Positions 9,706-20,000 of a stretch of 20,000 nt of DNA are shown here, piece after piece (positions within the stretch are counted from its first letter, which is position 1; each line of letters opens with the position of its first letter). Both the position numbers and the translations under genes were made by a program. Where the stretch lies: NCBI GenBank assembly GCA_910592345.1, contig CAJVPI010000028.1, forward strand, positions 57,321-77,320, written 5' to 3'. The notes under the pieces were generated by a model that ran no database searches, was not told the origin of the DNA, and saw nothing but the letters and a program-made list of their open reading frames with translations. Source of the stretch: Paraglomus brasilianum (taxonomy: Eukaryota).

Positions 9706-10433
9706 TAAGTCTTTTCCGGCTGATAGATAACATCATCACTAACAGTATAACAGTCTCACACGGAAGGGCGTTATTATGCGCGTATGTTCACATTTCACTC
9801 TCGCTTTATCCATATACATATTCTCTCATTTTTAAAAATAATTACTGTAATAGACAAGTTGGAGCCCGCCAAGCCAAAAGAACATCCAAGTCTAGTTCGG
9901 CCGCAATGCTTCCCGCTAGTTTGGCTACTTCTAGAACGTTAATCACAAATAGAACTCTTCAAAATTATAGTTGGGATTATTGATCGCGTTTCGCTCAATA
10001 TAATATTTTTGATACATTAGTCGCATTCGGCATATACAGTAGATGCATTTACGGATGCATTATTTATCTACTGTGCATATGGTATAATAAGATAGTTTTT
10101 TTTCCTATTATCTGTGAAATCCCAAAGTAAGCCTTAATAATGCTGCGAGGTCTATAACAATAATATTATGAATCAATGTCGTCAAAAAAAATCTAGTAGG
10201 CATCACGTAATGAGGTCGCCACAAGGATTCTAGTTTTAATGTATTAGTATCGTGAGATGTGCCCACGAGATTTAATAAAAGCTACTTATACTGTACAAAC
10301 TTGAACAATCTATCAGAATCTCGTCAAGATAATAATCTAAATCGCAATTTGTACGACGAGATTTGATTGTAAATGGATCACATGGTTATCACAAGTGGTA
10401 ACCAGTTGACAAAACTTTTGCCATTTTTATTAC

Positions 10434-11894
10434 TTAATTGATCTTTGAAACTGAAAACACCTCCAAGCTTACCCATTTATCGGGTCCTTGAAATTTGTTC
10501 ATTGACTCAAAACCATTAAATACAAAATCCCCTTCACCAAAAGAAGGAAAATCACTTCTGCTATCATAAATACTATGTGTATAATCAGAAATAAATCTTA
10601 CCTTGCAAATATCTGCGTTTAATAAAATGATGAAACTTTCTGAAGTTGAGATCCATTTATTACTGAATGACCATGAAATTGGGTTGTATCCTCCAAGTAT
10701 ATGGTTAGTATTCAGCATCTTTCCAATGACTATTGTTGGTCCTTTATTTTTGCACTTTAGTTGAAAATCTGTTATAGTACTCTTATCCCTACTGTTAAAT
10801 CTATAAAGTAAGGTCAATTTATAAGAAAGACAGTGTATGCTGAATGCTGTTTGAGTTTTTGTGTCTTGTTTAGATTCCACAATCCTCTGTAGTATCCATG
10901 CTGCTTGGTCTTTGTTAATAATTACTGAGTCAATATTAGGTAGTTGTCCTCTCCTGGGTAGTAAAATTGGGATACTTGGCTCATGGTTCACTTTTATATG
11001 ATACTTTAGGATATCAGACTGTAACATTCTTGGCAGTAATCCATTATATGGAACAACTTTCTCACCGAAATCTTCAGATGAGATATTAAAGAATCTTATA
11101 TGAGGTATACAATCAGATATAATGTTTTTAACTGTGTTAAAATCATTATCTAACCAGTCAGTCGGATCATCTGTTAGATCAGGAACTTGTTTGATTGCCC
11201 ATTGTATGACTGATATCCAAATATCAACTTCATTCATACTAAGATCATCATTTTGAAGAAGAGTAATTAAAGTTTCCTTTGGTACATTCACAATATCATT
11301 GGATTTAAAGACAATCTCTGGAGACAAGGTCATCATTTGATTGCAATAAGCAAGAAGCTTGTGCAATGCATTCTCAGATGAAGCAATAACATGAACGGAA
11401 ATAATGTTTTTCTCTATCCAATGCTGTTGACGATTTACCAAGTAGTCTCCAATTGCAGTAATAAAGTCATTCAGCAGAAACTTTCTGGCACCTTCCAAAA
11501 GGCTAAACCAACTCAAGTTCTCGCACGAGTTTGCATTGACTTTACCGGTATAAATAAATCTTTATAATCAAAAAGAAACATCTATAGTTGGTTGTAGAGT
11601 AATATTGTTATAATTCCAATTTGAATATTACCTGAGCAAAATTTCAAATACATCAGGTGTCACATCTTCAAACGCCAAGGCCGTCTTTTGAATCTCATTA
11701 GAAACTTCTGTATCTCCGGTCAATCTATTCTCAAAATATGTGCTTCTTGCACATAATACTGCTGCGTGAGCAAAAAAGATTTTGTTGTTTGGTTCCTTTC
11801 CGACATGAAGCGAAACGTCTGTGTATCTTCGACTCTCATAAAGCTTCTCCAAATCGGACAAAACACCCGTAGACAAATCAACGATGTCACTCAT
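10434..11894 (-). CDS. BTB/POZ-BACK-TLDc domain protein (462 aa, 2 exons)
   Basis: Exons 11894-11632 and 11559-10434 (intron GTAATA...AAG), 1389 nt in frame. BTB: DVSLHVGKEPNNKIFFAHAAVLCARSTYF...FEILLRFIYTG. BACK: DDLSMNEVDIWISVIQW...IPHIRFFNISSEDF. TLDc: LLYR...CKNKGPT...LGGYNPISW...SESF...PSFGEGD...LEVFSV. This family is expanded in Glomeromycotina. Confidence 0.93.
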
Positions 11895-12789
11895 GTTGAG
11901 ATGGTAACTTAGAAAATGCTAATCGTATGGGCTCTCAAGTCCGACAGTGTAACATTAGTATTGTTGATCACACCAAATTTAAATCCAACTTTATCGTTAT
12001 CGATATGCATAAATTACTATTCGGTAAGAATGTCTGCTTGAAAGATTGAGCATAGATTGTTCATATGACTCTGAAGCGGTTGCTGCTATTATATTTATAT
12101 AATTCGAATATAAAGACAGCGCTTATATTTCCAACTACAGCAACATCTTCAATCGTGTGCCAACAATTTGTTTATATCAAATGTTATTTGTTTGTTTGTT
12201 TTTTATTTCGCGCCTGGGTTGGTTGATTTTTCTATTTTTAATTGCTTTTGTCAGCGGCAGGCAGCAACAACAATTGTCAATATTATGTTATACGTCTACT
12301 TTATCCCCAAAGACCAGAAGTCAACGCTTTTGCGGAAACAGTGTTCCAGTTGAAAAGTTTGGTTCGTTGTTGCAGAGCATGGCTATTACTATGTACATAC
12401 ATTTACCGTTAGCGGTAATACCTGTCGTTTCGCAAATAATATTGTGAGCTTGCATCAGCCAGGTGATACTACGTTACAATAAGTTAACTGGTTCTTATTG
12501 GCGCAAAACATTATGAAACACGTATTGTAATCGACTTATTAATGCTTAGTAAAAAATTTGATATTGTGCTATCGTAAATTTATAATAAAGACTTGTTTTT
12601 GTGTGTGTGATTGGGAAATAACATATGTCAAGCTTTTGAAGATTATTAATTTATTTTCTTATTATTATACAAGCGTTACTAAACGAAACTAAAACTTTAA
12701 CGTTTGACAAACTGTTGTACATATTTGTGGGTTTACCTTTACCTCTGTAATTAGATCAACCCCAAAGTGCGCTTATTTTACAGACTAGA

Positions 12790-13645
12790 TTACTTACATG
12801 TAGTTGATTTTTTGAAAAATACAATCAAAATAAACAGTTTTATATAATACATTCCGTAATGACAAAAACCATAAATACTGAATGCATACGCAAACGAATC
12901 ATTGCTTTCCTTAGAACCACTATAGATTTGAGCAAGAAATATTGCATCAAGCAGTATGCCAATAATAATATGTCCGAGTATGCAAGAAAGAGCGCGTGAC
13001 ATAGACCACGAAGGGGGCATGCGATTGAATGAAGTCAATGCAAGATATTCCAATCCACCTAGTAGAAATCATAAATTAGAACCCAAGTTGCTATACACAA
13101 TAACCTGTGACTATACGTCTGCCGAATTATTACTTACCAATAAATGTTGCTATGCGATCAACAAAGCTTTCTAAACATATGCGTTTATTATTGAACCATA
13201 TGATTAGATAAAAAGTCCGAAAGGTTATTTCAAAAACAAATATAGACGTAAAGCAATAATACGGATAGCCAACAGGTATATGCTATACAAACGAAAGGGA
13301 TGTTAGCAAAAATACGTTACTATTACAACACTCGATATTAGTTTAAATACTTGCAAAGGTGTTGTATTTAATGCAGCCAATTATTGTAGAAATCAGGTAT
13401 CCTGAATTGACCATGATTGCCAAAGCACAGAAGGATATTACGACGTTATTAGAAACAAAATTTGATTTTTTAAAAATTGTATGTTCGTCTGCTATACGGG
13501 GTTCATTTATCGTTGATGAATCTGAGGAGATTTTAGTTTTCTCTATTATGTCTGAGACCGGTTCTATGTACTTTGATTGTTCATTTGATCCAGAAATGTC
13601 CTCAGTTATTCCGGCTTCTATGTCTATCTCTGTGATATTGCTCAT
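12790..13645 (-). CDS. Uncharacterised multi-pass membrane protein, paralogue A (about 234 aa, 3 exons)
   Basis: Exons 13645-13355, 13282-13138, 13058-12790 (705 nt in frame); intron 1 is GC-AG (TTT|GCAAGT...GCTAAC...TAG). Acidic/Ser-rich N-terminus followed by several hydrophobic segments; homologous to the gene at 17624-18811. The 3' end is uncertain because a GTAAGT donor-like site overlaps the last codons. Confidence 0.8.
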
Positions 13646-15656
13646 GATTAACAGTAGTATGATATCGAAAGAAGATTCTATTTATTTATACGGCTCGGAT
13701 CAGAGATAACAGTTACGACATGATCAACCGCCAAGTGCCGTGTCAGCTTAAAGAGTAGATTTCATTTGCTCGATTGTTTATATGCTTACTGCAGTGTAAG
13801 TGATTTCCATCAGCTATTCGTAACAAACGTTCTACGTTACATGCAGAGATCAAGATGCAATGTAATGCGTTGACGTAACCAATGATAATATTAGATGAAT
13901 CAATGATACAGAAACTCCCCTTTGCCAAACCCGTTTGCTTGCTTGGCCTGGGAAATACAAGCTGGCTGCGAAAACAATACGGAAGAGACGGTTTTCAGTT
14001 TAAGCGTAGAATTCAATTGTAATTTGTAATTCAATTCTACAATTGCATGCACAAGTATATATAAATAGTACGCTTATAAATAGCGCAAGGGTTATTATTA
14101 TTCCGAGTGTTTGTTTAAAATATTTACTGTTGATATGCAAACAAACCGTACTTTGAACCACAAAGTCGACTACAAGCAGTTTGACCAGTGCTACCTATGT
14201 AGCATATTTGGTTGGACAAAGTCAAAGCGTAGCATCACAATTGTTTTGTTATTGTAAGTTATTTGCCCTCCAATGTTGCACGAGTAGCCTTTTGCATATT
14301 TAATTTAAGCAACGATCGACGTTGTCCCCTCAATTAGGGGGACCACAACGTAATTCGATGGATAATGCTCGGGCTTTACACTATTTTCCCGAAAAGTATA
14401 AATTGCGGTTTAAAGTGTCACATCTTTATAGTCTGATCATCCAATGTGTTACTGAACCACAAGATAGACAGTGTGCGTGATGTAACATTATTATTATGTT
14501 ATCAGTTATGGTAAAACTAACGGTTACATGCATCCGTAAAAATAGCTATCTATATCGTTAACAGAATTTATTGACATGTGATAAGCTTATTTGCGGTATG
14601 TAATCGAAATAGACGAGAAATTAGTTTATTTCATTAGCTTTGGTATTGGGACTTTGTATTGGTACGATTATCCGCTTGTCGAGTTTGTGCTCATTTTCCT
14701 TTATTTGCGAGTTTGGGAGTAATTTTCGTATGATGAGCGGTTAGGGTTATAGTGTAGCTTGAAAATTCAGGTTTCTGACATACTTGTTGCAATGTACATT
14801 GTTCTAACAAATGTGCTTCTTTACGTTGTATGTATTGAGCTTAATTAAGATAAGCTATTAGCACATAAATATATTGTGAGAGAAAATTTGGACACAACGA
14901 TCACTTACTAATAAATATATATTACAGTCTTCTCCATTGCGAGGCGAGGTAACGCTCACGTACCCAGTAAGCGTGTACTTCGAATGACGGCAAACGGAGC
15001 TTGTCACTTAACGTTAGAATAGCCAAGCTTCTGTTGTTAATTGTAATTGGCTAAACAGAAAATGTAATAGTGGAATAATTAATTAGAAGAGTCTATTGCA
15101 TACCCTTTGCATATTCTCACGTTTCTGAGCAAATGACGGGGTTTGAGACTGTATATATACAATGCGACCTTTAATACAATACCAAGTCAATGTATTACGG
15201 TTTACAAGAATAATGGTATCAGAATAGATTTGTGCGTCAACAGTTTTCCGTTTTGACCGAATTGCTGCATGCACTAGAAATCATAAACATTCGATAATTA
15301 TATTGTCGGACCGCAGAATTGTATGCATTTTACGATGAATAGCAAACAATCAATTGGATTTCTTTGTCTCTTGTGAGGGTACTTATGCTTTTCATAACAA
15401 CAAGCTGTACAATTATTAGTCACAGATAAGAAAATGGTTTGCACGATAGAGTTTGTATTGTTAAAATAGATGAGCTATCAAGAAGAATAGGCGAATATTG
15501 GGTAAAAGCAAATGATCTAAACTGTGTTTAAACAAAGAAAGCGTTTTCTGTCTTCCTAATTTTGACTTGTATTATTATGCATAACGCTTTTTTAGGAATA
15601 CAGTTCAAGAAAGTGCTATTGTATCTTACGCAATCGTTGTCTAATCGACTTACAAT

Positions 15657-16162
15657 ATGGCAAATACCCTTTTCGTAATCGCTATCTTCTTTGCGTTTGA
15701 TGGTCTATTTGCGCTCGACGTTATAATTGAGTCTATATAGTAAGAAGAACCAAACAGTATCCTACGCTTGTAGGTTCAGCCTGCAACTGATTCCGCAGGT
15801 AATCTCATACAGACCCACTACACGTAGGCTTTAAGAAATAGTCCGAATGCTACAGTAATGTAGTAAGAGCTCTGGTTGCTGCGGGATATTCACAATTGAT
15901 TTGTTACAAAGATTGTGTTTGTAAAGGCACTTGGAGATTAGCATCCTACGCCCATTGATCTGGCCCTTTGGTCGATGTTTGGATTAGTGGAGATGATTAT
16001 ATAACTCACCACCCGTGGCCTCTCAGGTCTGCTCCGAGTTTTGTCGACCAGTGTCTCTATACAGTTATCAGGGGATGGTCCTACAATAATCAAATTACTC
16101 ATAGTAACAATGAATCAAATAAGCAACCACCGACGGAAATTTACTTGAAGAGATACGATTAA
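15657..16162 (+). pseudogene. Possible degraded gene for a secreted Cys-containing protein
   Basis: ATG 15657 opens a signal-peptide-like MANTLFVIAIFFAF... that stops at 15740. A different frame, 15842-16162, reads SECYSNVVRALVAAGYSQLICYKDCVCKGTWRLASYAH*SGPLVDVWISGDDY...YLKRYD* with one internal TGA. I could not build a clean splice path and recognise no family. Confidence 0.3.
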
Positions 16163-16520
16163 CGTTTTATTCGTCCTTCTCTGAGTCTGGGCACTAACTT
16201 GGCGATAATATACACGTACATTCTATTGTGAGCCATTTACGTCAATAAGGACTGAGAAAAACGCTATAACAAAGAATGGATGTTGAAAATTATTTTATTT
16301 TTTGTCGGAAACTTTTCAAATAGATAATTAATATTAAGAACTCCATTCAGAATTTTCCCCGAAATTCGAGGTATCATAGTCCCGTTACTGTGTTTCTATA
16401 TTACCTACTAGACTAAATTTGAAATTTTCAGGTGTGCGATAAAATTGCGCCTAGTGGATTATGATATAAATTTTATCCACGATTGAGGAGTGCTGTTATT
16501 GAAAAAACTGGTGATAAAAT

Positions 16521-16590
16521 TTGATACATTGATACATTGATACATTGATATATTGATAAATTGATACATTGATACATTGATGCCTTGATA
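16521..16590. repeat. 8-bp minisatellite (TTGATACA), about 8.7 copies
   Basis: ttgataca x3, ttgatata, ttgataaa, ttgataca x2, ttgatgcc, ttgata. Confidence 0.9.
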
Positions 16591-17623
16591 GTCTCTTTTC
16601 TATGTCGTTATAATACTAATCAATTTCCTACAAAGGACTCTCCAATTGTTACGTAAACGTAGTGCTTTATCAGACAACAGTTCACGCAAATATCAATATA
16701 ACCTATCTCGTTTATAATGTTGAAGATGCAATATGGTTAAAAACGTATTTGTATATTACGTTGATCTAAATTCCTAATGGCAACAACTAGCAGAGAAAAT
16801 GACTTGGAAATAAACACGGTGTTATCTTGTGCATGAACGTGCATGGTATAAAATTTGTTGAGGTAGTGTTTACCGCCATTACGTCTGACAAAAACAATCA
16901 TTTGGAGAAATCATTAAAAGGTACGTTTACAGTTTCAGCATTTGCAAAACACGACTTTTAGCAACGATTCTATTTGGTATCAGGAGATCCACCAACTACT
17001 TCAAATTTACAGTACATGGTAAGTGTTGATAAGATATGGTGCTTTTTTTTTATCAGAATCGTTGATTGGTAATTCTGGACAGGCAGTGGATGTCATTCCT
17101 AAACATGTATTAGTCGATAAAATGTTAACAAAAATATAAATTGAAAATATTATCAAAATAGTAGTAGGTAAATGTTAGTTATTTGTATTATCATATATGT
17201 ATGTCCAACCTTCAGTAAGTTATTCATGTTGCTTTCAAGTTCGGGTACCAATTGCTTCACCATCCAGGTCCAAAAGAAATTAAAATTACAAAACACAAAT
17301 ATATTTTTATGGTATCAACTATACTATATACGTGCGTATAGTAACTGTTCCATAAAAATGCTACTCGCATTTTCGTGCTTTGGATATAGGAATAGCTTTA
17401 CATAACGCAGCAATAAATAAAGATCTATTTTATTATCTATAATCGTGACATGGATAAACTCGGTTCACATTCTATGTAAATTTACTATATTCATATTTAA
17501 TAGTATAATAAACACTTTGCAACTTGTACATCAAAATTAAAACGTATACGAGTAAAAGTACATTTCTTTTTTGTGTTTATGATAATGTTAATGTTAAAAC
17601 ACCTTACTGTAATTCTATCCTGG

Positions 17624-18811
17624 TTACTGGAAACTTTCGTAAAGAGGCATGTCAAAGGCTTTTGCATCACCGCCACATCTGATAACTCTGCCTTTTATGT
17701 CACAACTAGACAAATTTTAATATCAAACTATTTGGTCGAGAGAGGGTTACTGTTTCATATTACCAATATCTACACTTAATTCGCAGCTGCTCAATAGTCG
17801 AAAAAACTCGAATATGTTTTACTCTACCTTAATATCTACCAGTAACTCTTACATGATAAAAATAAGGGAATCTGAGTAAAATGTAACAGAATGCACAACT
17901 GCAACAATAAACAAGAACTCTTGCATAGAATACATAATGGCAGAAACCATATACAGCAAGCCCATAGGCCAATGCATCACCTCTCTCTTTTGCTGCAATT
18001 AGAATATGAGTGAGCTGCACTGGGTTAAAAAATATAGAAGCAGCACAATGTATACCACACCAAAGATAAAATACTAGAAATGTCATAAGGTGATACTTCT
18101 CGCTGTTGTCATCATTATAATGTTTCTGGATACACAGTATTACGTATTCAAACCCGCCTAATATATAATAATAGAAAATAAATTCATGAAGCGTACGCTT
18201 AGCTGATTACATGTAATAATATTCAACTTACCAAAAAAGAATCCAAAGTCGTCAACGATTGTATCGAGAGATATCCGACCACTTACAAGCCATATTAACA
18301 TGGTTGGTATTCTAAAGCACGTTTCGAAAATACATATTGATGTAAATTTGTAATATGGATGTTCGTGGGGAATATGCTACATAAAAAGAGGTCTGATAAG
18401 TATTAAAGATAGTAACGTATTAATATATTGTACATAGTGGCTACTTACAAATGTGTCATAATGAATACAGCCAACAACTACAGTGATGAAGTATATAGTA
18501 TTGAGACAGCACATTAAAGCAAAAGGTAGACAATATGGAATAGGACAACAATATCTTTCTTGCACTTGAGGCCGACCACTATTATTGTGCTGCTGACTGC
18601 TGCTTTGTGCTGTTAAGAGAGGCTGTTGTTCATCAACAATAATAGTAGTTTCATTTGAAAATGTTCTATCTTCCATGGTTTGCTTTGCAGCATCTGATGC
18701 AATTGCTATATCGCTAGACTGTTCATTAGGCATAAAGCATTCATTAATAGAAGGTGGTTTCAAAGATGCTCCAGGCCCTATGTCTACGTCATTGACTGTA
18801 TGTTCCGACAT
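17624..18811 (-). CDS. Uncharacterised multi-pass membrane protein, paralogue B (305 aa with 5 exons; 278 aa if it ends at 17829)
   Basis: Exons 18811-18449, 18376-18232, 18157-17853, then probable 17786-17764 and 17705-17624 (918 nt in frame, all GT-AG), ending ...FYHLRIKCRYCCDIKGRVIRCGGDAKAFDMPLYESFQ*. Shares GCIxYxTF|HIPxxxPYYxFTSIxxFE, G|GxEY and DxxAYxxxxYGFCHY with paralogue A. Confidence 0.8.
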
Positions 18812-20000
18812 CCGATATCGCTGAAACAAGAATGCACTTCATATTCCTGCCTAGCCATTAACCAATTTAAATTGGGCTGTAAGATGTCAGTTACGCAAGT
18901 GTACTTTTTACCAATTGGGTGGCGAGATTTAGAATAAATTGGGTTGACCACTTAGTATTGTTTGTACGTCAGATCGGAATAATACTTCGACATTAATAAT
19001 ATTAATGGGGCAATGTAATTTATAGTCAAGATAAAACCGCTTAGTTTCTATTGTAACTCTATTTAGACTGTTCAAGCTTGTGCGCTGATCTTGATGTAAA
19101 GTAAGCCATATTGTAAAAAATTGCAATAATTTTATTTGGCTTTGTCCGGTTTAACAGCATAATTACTGTTGTTTATTACTGTTGTTTGATCAAATTTCAA
19201 CAACAACAATAATTAACGATATTACTCAGTGCGGGTCCAACTTACGATTACTTTGATAAAATTTGTAAGTTTATAGTAGCAACCGCTTAATTTATTTAAT
19301 AAAATGTACGTTCTAGTGACAATTTAACAATAGATGAGTTAAGCAAACATCCGATAATGCTTTGTTAAATTTTTGCTAATTGACTTGTGGAATGTCGTGC
19401 TACGCGCAAGTAAATGAACATATAATTATTAAGCGATGACTGAAATTACCTTCAGTTCAACGAATCAATCTCGTTGAATCGCGATGGTTTTTTAATAATT
19501 ACTATCAAGTTTTAAGAAGTATACAGCAGTCTGTGTTGTACCTATTTGCTTGCTTGCATGGTTGATATTTCATTACTGGCAAGTTTGTGACAAAACATAT
19601 AATGCACTTATAAGTGTTCTAACATTATTGGAGCATACGTAATGCCTCGGCTACAACCAATATACGGCCTGTTTGGGAGTCGGTAATTTCACGAAATTCT
19701 CAAATAGTGTTTGGTTAATATTGCATATAGCATTATACAAACACTTGATTAGATACTACAGTTTTGTATATATACGTGTATTATTTATTACATACGTTTT
19801 GACTAAATTAGCATAATGTCGAATGCTACGTAATAAATTTACGTCTCGCTTGAATCAGCAATTAGTTTGGCCTTGACACATTCACCAAAAATTAATTCAG
19901 CATGCAATCACTTGGCGCAAGTTAGGGAGGCAATCATTTCATCGACAATCATTTCACCGACAAATATTTACCAACATTATTTCGAATTTATCCTTTTTTA

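Noticed and set aside
12157..12447. ORFs 12157-12447 and 12168-12353, and other short intergenic ORFs (9633-9983, 13743-13928, 17172-17405, 17573-17779, 18929-19126)
   Set aside because: Low-complexity AT-rich translations without motifs or splice support; 17573-17779 is antisense to the probable last exons of paralogue B.
13200..13240. Suspected frameshift in exon 2 of paralogue A
   Set aside because: Re-reading the reverse complement gives TTT GTT TTT GAA ATA ACC TTT CGG, in frame and the same length as paralogue B exon 2.
16521..16590. Tandem repeats (also 3379-3417 and 6022-6091) as CRISPR-like or telomeric arrays
   Set aside because: No unique spacers, no cas genes, and no TTAGGG arrays.

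Overview
AT-rich, intron-containing eukaryotic DNA, most consistent with an arbuscular mycorrhizal (Glomeromycotina) or related Mucoromycota fungus; this is inferred from the gene families present, not from a marker gene. The ORF track splits or misses most genes, so I spliced them by hand. Intact genes: (1) a 5-exon gene for a signal peptide plus a stand-alone C2 domain, almost invisible in the ORF track, with a GC-AG intron and a 6-nt microexon; (2) a 4-exon hexokinase-family gene with GlcNAc-kinase-like motifs; (3) an 8-exon gene for an NLS-bearing, DAP3/mS29-like P-loop NTPase fused to a PD-(D/E)XK-type nuclease (Crinkler/CR NTPase+REase architecture without a Crinkler header); (4) a BTB-BACK-TLDc gene; (5) two divergent paralogues of an unrecognised multi-pass membrane protein with conserved exon structure. 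Also present: a decayed PIF/Harbinger transposase fragment, probable pseudogene remnants, a G-tract repeat, minisatellites, several hairpins, and a sharp mosaic of CpG depletion. All exon models and family calls come from manual reading and recalled motifs; no searches were run.
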